DNA from: a virus
DNA: 64,000 nucleotides
Reading direction: 5' to 3' (one strand)
Virus record (IMG/VR): IMGVR_UViG_3300024262_000015
Coordinates: 1-64,000 of that record
Every line of letters begins with the position of its first letter. The stretch's first letter is position 1. The notes below the pieces were generated by a model. It was not told the origin of the DNA. It did not search any database and worked only from the letters and a program-made list of their open reading frames with translations. Below are positions 39,281 through 48,028 of the stretch, one piece after another. The position numbers and the translations under genes are program-made.

Positions 39281-40015
39281 ATGGATATCCGGTCTCTTCT
39301 ATCGACCATTGAAAGCACGGCACAAGAAGAGCAAACAGGAACTCCCTATATAGTAGGTGGGCTTCCTAGAGACCGTGTTTTAAACCGCTCAGAAGTTATT
39401 AAAGATATTGATATTACTACTGGAGATGCGTCGGTTCGAAGATTAGGCCGTGAAATATTTAGAGATCTAAGGCCTTTAGGAGCATCTTTTGAATCCTTTC
39501 CAGACACTCATTCTACAATTAAAGTTGGAGATATAAGCATTGATTTCTCCAGTAATTTAATTAACCCAGATGCAGGGTGGCTTCTTAGAGGGCGCGGAAT
39601 AAAAAACCCAACCTCTATGGAACTAGAACTTTACAGCAGAGACTTTACTTGCAACACCCTTCTCATGAGCCTAGATTTAAGAACCATTAAAGACGTAACT
39701 GAAGAAGCGATTCCAGATATTAATGCTCGTCTTTTAAAAACCTGCCTGCCTCCTCAATACACTCTGGGCTCTGATCCAAGACGTATCATAAGAGCAATTT
39801 ACTTATCATCTAAATTAGATTTCACTTTAGACCCGGTTATGGTTAGATGGATTCAGGCACATCCAGAAGAAATATCTAAAGATGTAAAGCCAGGTTTCGT
39901 TGATGGGGTTTTAGGAAGAGCACTTAGCTATAACCGCGCCAATACCGAAGCTCTTTTAGATGAGCTTGGAGTATGGAAATACATTCCCTCTTTAGAAGAT
40001 TTGGAGCTTCGATGA
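39281..40015 (+). CDS. Class II (CCA-adding/poly(A) polymerase-like) nucleotidyltransferase, head/neck only
   Basis: YIVGGLPRD, DIDIT, SRDFTCN, SDPRRIIRA; 244 aa. Confidence 0.88.
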   Translation: MDIRSLLSTIESTAQEEQTGTPYIVGGLPRDRVLNRSEVIKDIDITTGDASVRRLGREIFRDLRPLGASFESFPDTHSTIKVGDISIDFSSNLINPDAGWLLRGRGIKNPTSMELELYSRDFTCNTLLMSLDLRTIKDVTEEAIPDINARLLKTCLPPQYTLGSDPRRIIRAIYLSSKLDFTLDPVMVRWIQAHPEEISKDVKPGFVDGVLGRALSYNRANTEALLDELGVWKYIPSLEDLELR

Positions 40016-40200
40016 GTCATCCAAAATCTAGACCACTTATGTTTTTTGATAACTATGATATGGCTCCAACTTCAACTGGACCAGGGGTGGGCCTATATTC
40101 GGGTAACATGGGAAAGTACAAAAGTGTTAAACAATTCTTAAAGCACAAAAAACTTTCTGAGCTTTCTCTTATCTTCATGAAGGCGGCTAATGGTTTGTAA
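40012..40200 (+). CDS. Small hypothetical protein
   Basis: ATGA overlap gives start 40012 (GGAG RBS); FDNYD...GPGVGLY...KYKSVKQF. Confidence 0.65.
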   Translation: MSHPKSRPLMFFDNYDMAPTSTGPGVGLYSGNMGKYKSVKQFLKHKKLSELSLIFMKAANGL

Positions 40201-40708
40201 AAAAAAATTAGTAAAACTTGCAGTCATAAGAAAGAATCATGAAGACGGATGTCCTTTTGGTTTAGATATTCCTATGGGATGCGAGGCTGCTGGTCAATGG
40301 ATTGATAGACTGGCTCCATTAGATGCGCTTCCAGATCTCACTGAAGAAGAGAAAACACAAGTTAAAGATCAAAACTTAAGACTTGTGGTGTGGGGAATTA
40401 TGCAAAGTGGACCGGCTTCTTGTAGATATGCCGGACAGCTTCTACCTCAATTTAACGGTGTGCAATGTACCTATGGAAGCACTGTCCCTGGTGAAAAGGG
40501 CAATGTCCCACTTAGAGGCACGCCTTATTTTGCAAGAATTATGAGTGGGATCGGATTAGATTCCCTTTATAATGTCCCAATGGGGTTTTATTCTGATAAC
40601 ACAATGCGTAACGGATATTATGCGCAGTATTCCTTGCAAGGAAGTTGTAAGTTAGAGGATGATATACTAGTTAAAGAAGGAGAAGATGAAAAACTCAAGT
40701 CTAAATAA
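40190..40708 (+). CDS. Cys-rich hypothetical protein
   Basis: LVKLAV; CPFGLDIPMGC...C...C. Confidence 0.7.
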   Translation: MVCKKKLVKLAVIRKNHEDGCPFGLDIPMGCEAAGQWIDRLAPLDALPDLTEEEKTQVKDQNLRLVVWGIMQSGPASCRYAGQLLPQFNGVQCTYGSTVPGEKGNVPLRGTPYFARIMSGIGLDSLYNVPMGFYSDNTMRNGYYAQYSLQGSCKLEDDILVKEGEDEKLKSK

Positions 40709-40988
40709 GTGGATAATTTATAAAGTTACATGTATCCCTTCTCAAAAAATATATGTAGGGCTTGGGGGTAAAGCAAAGAGTCCTGAATCTATTAAAAAAA
40801 TGGTTGAATCTTCAAAAAAAACAAGAGAAATTAATCGTTATAAACCTCGGAAAAAACCGGTTTATTTATCTATAGAATATAAACAGGATATAAAGACAGC
40901 TTTCCACCAAGGACAGTTTCAAACCATCTTAGCCAAAAAGTATAGAGTTACACAGGCTACTATAAGTAAAATTGTTTCCATTCCTTAG
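40686..40988 (+). pseudogene. Internally deleted GIY-YIG homing endonuclease (GIY-YIG N-terminus + NUMOD3 + HTH)
   Basis: IIYKVT...KIYVG joined directly to GKAKSPESIKKM (NUMOD3-like) and LAKKYRVTQATISKIV (HTH); catalytic Arg/Glu/Asn segment absent. Confidence 0.65.
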
Positions 40989-41026
40989 GAGCTACCAATA
41001 AAGCAGAATAACTTTAAGGAAAACTT

Positions 41027-41881
41027 ATGCCTAGTCACCCCGGAATCCCTGCTCGTCCCCCAAACACTGCGCCTCGTGCTCCTGCTGCACCCAGATTTCC
41101 AGGTGCCGATTTAAACAATCTTGTAGTTTTGGAAGGGCCTCCAGCGGCACCTGACAACAATAATCTTTTGGTTGTTCAAGAGTCCGCTACTCAACCCAAA
41201 TCTCTACCTGGAGAAAGGTCTGGAGAGCTTTCTGTTGATGAAGATTCCGAAATTGTTTTAGATGAAGATATTTGGAATTGGAAAGAAAATGGTTTAGGTG
41301 GGTTTTTGAAATGGGTAGCTAATCGTTTAGAGACTGTACCGGCTCATGATGGAAAAAAAACTACAGGTCTTGAAAGAGCCATTGCTTATTTTGAGAGAAT
41401 AAACAAAGAGATTACAGGAGCAATGCAGCAAGATTTTAGAAATCAAATCAATACTGCTGAAGCTGAAGTTTACAGAGACCAAGTGGAAGATGGTCTTGAG
41501 AGCCTACTTAAGCGTTTAAATCAAGTAAGAAAATCTAAATTTAAGCGGTACCGAAGAAATGATAATCAGCCTGAAGGCATTGTAAAGGAAGCAGCCGGGT
41601 CAACAGCTATTCATGGTATTATTGTAACGGTCCCTCTTATCATTTCTCGAATTGCTCGGGTATGTATTAACGGAACTGTAGCCTCTGGTCATAGCATTGA
41701 GGATAGTTTTTGGCGTCTTTCAGAAAAATATGAACTCACCAAAAGAGAACGTGCTGAGCTTGAACAGCTTCTAGCGGATATGGGCTATTGGATCCGAAGA
41801 GATAGAGGCTACCTTCTTGATGAAGATATCGTGCCCTCCTCTGTTGATAAATTCGACTGGCAGAGCAACGTAAACAGTTAG
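41027..41881 (+). CDS. Putative head-region protein
   Basis: TAAGGA RBS; DLNNLVV/DNNNLLVV; IVKEAAG junction. Confidence 0.7.
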   Translation: MPSHPGIPARPPNTAPRAPAAPRFPGADLNNLVVLEGPPAAPDNNNLLVVQESATQPKSLPGERSGELSVDEDSEIVLDEDIWNWKENGLGGFLKWVANRLETVPAHDGKKTTGLERAIAYFERINKEITGAMQQDFRNQINTAEAEVYRDQVEDGLESLLKRLNQVRKSKFKRYRRNDNQPEGIVKEAAGSTAIHGIIVTVPLIISRIARVCINGTVASGHSIEDSFWRLSEKYELTKRERAELEQLLADMGYWIRRDRGYLLDEDIVPSSVDKFDWQSNVNS

Positions 41882-41913
41882 AGTGATGGATAAGAATATT
41901 TAGGGAGGAACTA

Positions 41914-43056
41914 ATGGTTAGAGGTGGAGGAAAATTTTATCGGGCTCATGGTGGAGAACACGAGCGAGATCAGGAACAGGCTGATTGGCTTAAGTCTTTT
42001 GCTAATGAATGGGGCAAAACATCTACAGTTCCTAGAAATGCTGTTGAAGTAGCACGAAACCGCAACCAACCCTTACCTCTTACAACCCAAATTCAAAACA
42101 GTTTAAACCCCTCATCTCGTCCTAAGTTTAATAGTGTGGACGATGTTGTTTCTCATTATCGAGATGCTGTAGGAATGGATGATTTAGGAACCAAAACAGC
42201 AGAGTACCGTACCGATCATAACGAGAACCCATTAGTTCCCAATGAATTTCCTTATTTAGAGGACACATGGGATAAAATAATTGAAAACAACTGGGGACTT
42301 AGAAAATCAGACATATTAAACGATCCTTATCTTAAAGACCAAAACGAAGAAGAGCTTGACTCATGGTGGAAAAATTGGATGGAACCCTATTTTAATACTG
42401 ATGAAGATGATAATTTTGTTTACTTAAACCAATTGGGCAAAGAAAAGGTTCTTGATGCTTATCATAAGGCACAACAAAAGCCTTCAAGAAAACCAAAAGA
42501 AAAGGATGTTGAACCAGCAGAATCGTATTTGGGTGCGCCGTTTTTGGAAGAACAAGATCATCTATATCCCGAAGAACCATGGACAAACGAGGATGAGATG
42601 TCGCCGTATAAGAACGCCAGCGAAGACGAGCGAAGTAGATTGAAGATCTCTTCTGTTTTCACTCTTGCTAAAGCCAACAAAATCAAAAGGCTTGCTCAAG
42701 AGATCACTAGTAAAAAAAAAAATCTACTTGAACCAACAAACCTAGGGCCTCCAAAGCTTTTTATTGAGCTACCTGATGTTGAGAGATTTGTTATTAATAT
42801 AATTGAAACCAATCCCCGTATTCAAATTCCTGCCATTCTTCATTCTATTAAAGAAGTTTTTGGAATTGATGGGGTAGATGAGTCTCAATTAAACGATGAA
42901 CATCTAGCCAAAGTTTTAAACGCTCTTCTAATTTCTAACCATAAGCCAACTTTTAATAACTATACGCAACTAGGACGCGGAGTAGGACTGTCGGATCCTG
43001 ATAGCGGAAAAGTAGACAATCCCTTTGCTTCCCTTATGCCTGAACGTATTAGTTAG
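41914..43056 (+). CDS. Putative head-region protein
   Basis: GGAGG RBS; TKTAE, YKNAS, KRLAQ; immediately upstream of TerL. Confidence 0.7.
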   Translation: MVRGGGKFYRAHGGEHERDQEQADWLKSFANEWGKTSTVPRNAVEVARNRNQPLPLTTQIQNSLNPSSRPKFNSVDDVVSHYRDAVGMDDLGTKTAEYRTDHNENPLVPNEFPYLEDTWDKIIENNWGLRKSDILNDPYLKDQNEEELDSWWKNWMEPYFNTDEDDNFVYLNQLGKEKVLDAYHKAQQKPSRKPKEKDVEPAESYLGAPFLEEQDHLYPEEPWTNEDEMSPYKNASEDERSRLKISSVFTLAKANKIKRLAQEITSKKKNLLEPTNLGPPKLFIELPDVERFVINIIETNPRIQIPAILHSIKEVFGIDGVDESQLNDEHLAKVLNALLISNHKPTFNNYTQLGRGVGLSDPDSGKVDNPFASLMPERIS

Positions 43057-43063
43057 AGATTAG

Positions 43064-44911
43064 ATGGCAAAAAATAATGGTCTTAATATATTTGAAGAGT
43101 TTAAAGATAAACTGCTCAATATAGATCCCGTTTCTTATGCTGAACGAAATCTAAAGCTAGACGGGGAAAAATTTAGGATCAGTGGTAACGGGTACAAGCC
43201 CTTTGCAGATATCTATAGATACATAGGAATTCAAGCTTTACGCCGAGATTCTAAACCCATTGTCTTAGTTAAAGGAAGACAGGTGGGAGCTACTACAATG
43301 GCGGTCAACCTTGAATGCTACTTTGCTACCTGTGGACTTTTTGGAACCGCAGACAATCCTCCTGTTCGTATTTTTCATTTATTTCCTAGCCTTCCTTTAG
43401 CTGCTGGGTTCTCTAAGCAGAAGTTAGATGCAACAATTAAATTTGCTGTTGATTCCGGCTTAAAAGATAAAAGAGGAAGAACGCTAAGTATCATTGAATC
43501 CAAATTAGATAAAAGCACCCCCGCCAATGATACTCAACACTTTAAACGCTTTCTTAATGGATCTGAAATTTGGCTCGACTCCACCGGTCTAGATGGAGAC
43601 AGAATTCGTGGTCGTACCGGAGATATAGCGCTCTTTGATGAAGTGCAGGATATGAGCGCCAAAGCTTTAGGTGCAGTAGGAAAGATTTTATCCCAGTCTC
43701 ATTACGGTCCTATTGGTCAAGGAATTCAGGTCTTTTTCGGAACACCTAAACAAAAAGGAACCGCATATTTTAATCTTTGGAGAGCCAGTAGCCAGCAATA
43801 TTATTATTTACGCTGTGGCAAATGCAAAGAGCTTTTCCCCCTTTATCGCCCTGATGTTAAGTGGGAAGATGTTTGGCTTTATGGATACATAGTTAAATGC
43901 GGAGAGTGCGGTCATGAACAAGATAAGAGACAAGCAGCAGAAGATGGATGTTGGGTCGCATTAAATCCTGACGCTGATGAATCTGACTATATTGGTTATC
44001 ATATTAATCAACTTTACATTCCTACCTTTACTAAAGAAGTAATTCTAAAACAGAAGCCCGAAAATCATCCCACTAATACTGAGATGACTTACCAAAATGA
44101 AGTACTAGGAGAGTTTTATGATGGTGAAAGCGGGCTCATTACAGCACAAGAATTAGAAGAAAAGTGTGCAGATAAAGATAGATATTTCAGAAAAGAAATA
44201 ACAATTCATGAAGGCCATAAGGTCTATGCAGGATTTGACTGGGGACAAAAAGGTGAATGGAGTCAACTATCCGGAACTCAAAAGGGCCAGTCATATAGTT
44301 GTGCCGTTATCTTAAGCTCCATAGGCCCACAGCTTTTTAATGTAGAATTTGCTACTCGGTTAAAGAAAACCGACCCCGCTTATAAAGAAGAAGTGGTAGA
44401 GGAACTATTCAAACGTTACTCAATTAGTCATGCTGTTGGAGATATCGGGGATGCTCATGACTTAACTCATACATTACAGAAAAAATTTGGGGAACAATTT
44501 ATCGCCTCTAGAGCAGTAGCAAAATTAAATGGGCACGTAAAGTTTGACGACAGCATTTTCCCAAAAGAAATAAGATTTGAAAAAGATTATTATATATCAG
44601 AACTTGTAGGTCTTCTCAGAAAAGGAGCAATTAGATTTCCTTACGGAGATTATGATAAAATTTTCTGGCTTATTACTCATTGTACTTCCATGGATATTAA
44701 AGTCACTAAAGACAGATCCGGAGACCCAGTACGTAGATTTGTTAAAGGAACCTCACCTAATGATGGTTTTATGGCCCTTTTAAACGCATACCTAGCATGG
44801 AAGTTTGATGTTACCCAAAGGTTCGCTATCGCTAATCCTCAAAACATGGATTTTACAGCGCCCACTAAAAGAGCTAGAATACCTGCAATAGTTGGTCACG
44901 TAAAATTCTAA
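43064..44911 (+). CDS. terL: Terminase large subunit (lambda gpA-like ATPase with Zn ribbon + RNase H-like nuclease)
   Basis: Walker A VKGRQVGATT, RGRT, Walker B LFDEVQD, FGTP, CGKC..CGEC, NEVLG, AGFDWG, PNDGFMA. Confidence 0.9.
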   Translation: MAKNNGLNIFEEFKDKLLNIDPVSYAERNLKLDGEKFRISGNGYKPFADIYRYIGIQALRRDSKPIVLVKGRQVGATTMAVNLECYFATCGLFGTADNPPVRIFHLFPSLPLAAGFSKQKLDATIKFAVDSGLKDKRGRTLSIIESKLDKSTPANDTQHFKRFLNGSEIWLDSTGLDGDRIRGRTGDIALFDEVQDMSAKALGAVGKILSQSHYGPIGQGIQVFFGTPKQKGTAYFNLWRASSQQYYYLRCGKCKELFPLYRPDVKWEDVWLYGYIVKCGECGHEQDKRQAAEDGCWVALNPDADESDYIGYHINQLYIPTFTKEVILKQKPENHPTNTEMTYQNEVLGEFYDGESGLITAQELEEKCADKDRYFRKEITIHEGHKVYAGFDWGQKGEWSQLSGTQKGQSYSCAVILSSIGPQLFNVEFATRLKKTDPAYKEEVVEELFKRYSISHAVGDIGDAHDLTHTLQKKFGEQFIASRAVAKLNGHVKFDDSIFPKEIRFEKDYYISELVGLLRKGAIRFPYGDYDKIFWLITHCTSMDIKVTKDRSGDPVRRFVKGTSPNDGFMALLNAYLAWKFDVTQRFAIANPQNMDFTAPTKRARIPAIVGHVKF

Positions 44912-44970
44912 AATTAACATATATAGATAGCGAGATATATGTTTAATAAACCCTTCTCCCTAGGACGTAA

Positions 44971-47900
44971 GTGAATAAGAAATTTATCATCAAAAACACC
45001 AGCCGTGCAGAAGAGCTTTTAGAGAGCCGAAACACTACCCCTCCCTCTATCTCTCCTAAAATGGCTAAAGGAGTAAGCGACCACCGAAGAGAAGAGCTTC
45101 ATGACCAAGTTCTTAATGGTCAATATTCAGATGGAGGGGGTAGAGCTAAACCTATGTCCTCTATTTCCGACGAGCCAACTCTTGCTAGTGCCGTCAGGGG
45201 AAGCAGCGAAGGCCTACTGAAGCTCGCACAAGGATCAGGAGGAGGAGTAGTTGGAAAAGGTGGTCAGGGCTTTAGAGGAAGCGCTGGAGATACAGTCCGT
45301 CAAGGGCCTGAGGTTTATTCTCCTCTCTGGCTTAACAGTAACCTTAACCTTCCACGAGATAGAGCTACCCTTAATGCTTGGGCCCGATCTTTCTTCGCGC
45401 TTAACCCCATAGTACAAAACGCAATTAGTCTTCACTCCACTTATCCCATCTCTAAATTAAATATTAAATGTAAAAACCAAAAGGTAGAGGCCTTCTTCCA
45501 AGATATGGCAGAAGAAATGGATCTTCTTAATAAGTGTATCCAAATTGCTCAAGAATTCTGGGTTGTTGGTGAGGCCTTCCCCTATATGGAACTAGATGAG
45601 CGCCAAGGAAAATGGAGCCGCATCATTATTCAAAATCCAGATTATATTGTTGTCAAGCAGTCTGTCATTGCTGGAGAACCAATCATTAGCCTCCGTCCAG
45701 ATGAAAACTTGCGCCGAGTAGTATTTTCTAATAACCCCGTAGACCTTCAACAACGTAAACAATTAGATCCAACCATCATTGATCACGTTAAAAGAAGCGA
45801 AAACATCCCTCTTAATAACTTCTACATTTCTCATCTAGCTCGTAAAATCAGCCCGTATGAGGTCCGAGGAACAAGCATCATCGTTTCCTGCTTCCGTGAC
45901 TTAATGCTTTTTGACTTGCTTCGAGAGTCAAAATTTGCGCAAGCTTACAACATGATTAACCCTCTGACTCTTGTTAAAATTGGTGGAGCAGAATTCAAGC
46001 CCAACCCCACAGACCTTGAAGCTTGGCGAGAGGTCTTTGAATGTCATGATGAAGAAACCGAAGTCCTAACTGACCAAGGCTTCATGAAATTCGATGAAGT
46101 AATTGAATACCAAGAAGCTATGGATGGGACCACTGGAATGTCTCAAATCACCTGGAAACGACCAAAGCCCGGAATTAAGATTGCTTGCTTTAATCCAGAT
46201 ACTGAAGAACTAGAATATCACTTCCCAGATGCCGCCCATATTTATGATTATGACGGGGAGATGTATCATTTTGCTAATGACAAGATGGATATCAAGGTTA
46301 CCCCCAATCATAAAATGTGGGTACAAAGAAAAAGATTTAAAGGAACTACAGGTAAAGGAAAGAAACGAGAATCCTGGTGGGGAGAATGGGAAGCCATCGA
46401 GGCTAAGGATGTTAAGTTAGCGGACAGGCGTTTTCGTTCAAAAATTAACTGGAAGGGAAACGATGAGATTAAAGAGGTGGAAATTAAAGGAAATAAAGTT
46501 CCTATCGAGCTTTATTTAGAATTTTTAGGATACCTTTTAAGTGAAGGCTGTGTCTTTAATGATGACTCTCATTGTATGCTTACACTAGCTCAAACTACAA
46601 CAGTAAAGAATAAAGGGGCCAATCCTTTTTATCCAAAAATGAAAAAATGTTTAGAAAGTTTTGCTGAAATCTTTCAAGCTCGTGTAGGACATTCCTTTAG
46701 AAAAGAAGGAGAAACGACACAAGAATTATGGACGGGTCGTTTATCCCATCGCAATTTAGTATCTTTTTTTGAAGATGAAATCGGCACCGGACAAAGCGCG
46801 AAATCTTGGGAAAAATATATCCCGAGATGGATTTTAAATCTCAGCCCACGTCTTCTAAACATCCTTCTTTCAGCGTTATTAGCTGGAGATGGAAGCGCTT
46901 TTGAAAGACCAAAAAATAAAAGTTTAACAGGTTATTTTTACTATTCTACCTCTAAACAATTGGCTGATGATGTTTATGAAGTAGCGTATAAATGCGACTT
47001 TGTTCCAACCATGTTTAAACGAGATGATGAAAGATATCTCTATACTTATGGTTCTACAAAAGAAGAGCGCTCTACTCCAAGGAAAACTCCACGAAGAGTG
47101 TTGTATACGGTTCAATGGAGCAATTCTCATATAGGTGAGTTTCCTCTATTGAACAAAAACATTATAGACCCTCGCACAAAAATTCGCCGCCCACTTCTAA
47201 CTAATCCTCATTATTCAGGGAAGGTTTGGTGCTTTTCTACACCTACAGGGTTTATGATAACTCGTAGAAACAATAAGGTAACAGTCCAGCAACAGAGCGC
47301 CCAATATGACCGAGACTTCAAAATATTCACACATGACCAAGTGGCTGTAGAAAGAGTAGGATATGCATCAGGGATTTATGATACTTCTGCAGACATTACT
47401 CAAATCATAAAAGAAATTTACATTGGGCTAATGGTTCCCAGTGTAATCATGGATGGCAGTGACACAACCTATGCAACTGGCAGTGTGGCTCTTGATGTTT
47501 TGCGTCAGCGTTATTTGTCTTTTCGAGAGATGATGACGCTTTGGTTACGGCGTAAAGTGTTTGCTCCTATTTCTAAACTACAAAACTTTTATGAGTATAG
47601 GGAGGGAAAAAAAGAATTAATTATTCCTGACGTTGATTGGAACCACATGTCTCTATTTGACATGAATGATTACATCAGCAACCTTATCAATCTTTTGGGT
47701 ACGGAACCAGGAAAAGAAAAGGTTTCAATTCATACGGTTTATCGTTCTTTGGGTCTAAATTATGAAGATGAAGATCGTAAGCTAAGGTATGAAAGTGTAC
47801 AAAGAACAATCCGCAATAAGGAAACAGAAGCACTTGACAACTATTCATTAAATGAGCTTAGAGCGTTTGGTCCTGGGGATGAGGTAGACGATAGAAATAA

Positions 47901-47988
47901 GAAGGTGCCGGGCGAAACTTCTGAGGGAAATGACGAAGGAGAAGCAGGTGGAGGAGGGTTACCGTCTATGGATGACGCGCCAATGTAA
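44971..47988 (+). CDS. Portal protein (intein-containing; ~587 aa after splicing)
   Basis: Directly after TerL; NPIVQNAISLHSTYP, FWVVGEAFPY, ISHL...RGTSII, IGLMVP, LRQRY portal-type pattern. Confidence 0.85.
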   Translation: MNKKFIIKNTSRAEELLESRNTTPPSISPKMAKGVSDHRREELHDQVLNGQYSDGGGRAKPMSSISDEPTLASAVRGSSEGLLKLAQGSGGGVVGKGGQGFRGSAGDTVRQGPEVYSPLWLNSNLNLPRDRATLNAWARSFFALNPIVQNAISLHSTYPISKLNIKCKNQKVEAFFQDMAEEMDLLNKCIQIAQEFWVVGEAFPYMELDERQGKWSRIIIQNPDYIVVKQSVIAGEPIISLRPDENLRRVVFSNNPVDLQQRKQLDPTIIDHVKRSENIPLNNFYISHLARKISPYEVRGTSIIVSCFRDLMLFDLLRESKFAQAYNMINPLTLVKIGGAEFKPNPTDLEAWREVFECHDEETEVLTDQGFMKFDEVIEYQEAMDGTTGMSQITWKRPKPGIKIACFNPDTEELEYHFPDAAHIYDYDGEMYHFANDKMDIKVTPNHKMWVQRKRFKGTTGKGKKRESWWGEWEAIEAKDVKLADRRFRSKINWKGNDEIKEVEIKGNKVPIELYLEFLGYLLSEGCVFNDDSHCMLTLAQTTTVKNKGANPFYPKMKKCLESFAEIFQARVGHSFRKEGETTQELWTGRLSHRNLVSFFEDEIGTGQSAKSWEKYIPRWILNLSPRLLNILLSALLAGDGSAFERPKNKSLTGYFYYSTSKQLADDVYEVAYKCDFVPTMFKRDDERYLYTYGSTKEERSTPRKTPRRVLYTVQWSNSHIGEFPLLNKNIIDPRTKIRRPLLTNPHYSGKVWCFSTPTGFMITRRNNKVTVQQQSAQYDRDFKIFTHDQVAVERVGYASGIYDTSADITQIIKEIYIGLMVPSVIMDGSDTTYATGSVALDVLRQRYLSFREMMTLWLRRKVFAPISKLQNFYEYREGKKELIIPDVDWNHMSLFDMNDYISNLINLLGTEPGKEKVSIHTVYRSLGLNYEDEDRKLRYESVQRTIRNKETEALDNYSLNELRAFGPGDEVDDRNKKVPGETSEGNDEGEAGGGGLPSMDDAPM
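46042..47295 (+). mobile_element. Intein (418 aa) with LAGLIDADG endonuclease and C-terminal Gln
   Basis: E|CHDEETEVLT (block A), KVTPNH (B), FLGYLLSEG and LLAGDG, YSGKVWCF...TRRNNKVTVQQQ|S; removal restores WREVFE-SAQYDRDF. Confidence 0.92.
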
Positions 47989-48028
47989 TGAATATTTTGG
48001 TGTAAAAAGTATTAGGAGAAGTCTGCCA

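Noticed and set aside
35377-42722. Programmed frameshift or slippage at poly-A runs (A10 at 35380-35389, A11 at 42712-42722)
   Set aside because: Both ORFs continue in frame, the shifted frames I checked stop within a few codons, and Lys runs are common in this AT-rich genome. Not excluded, but unsupported.
46042-47295. Class 3 intein, suggested by Cys at F4
   Set aside because: It has an N-terminal Cys1 and Met rather than Trp at B12, so class 1 is more consistent.
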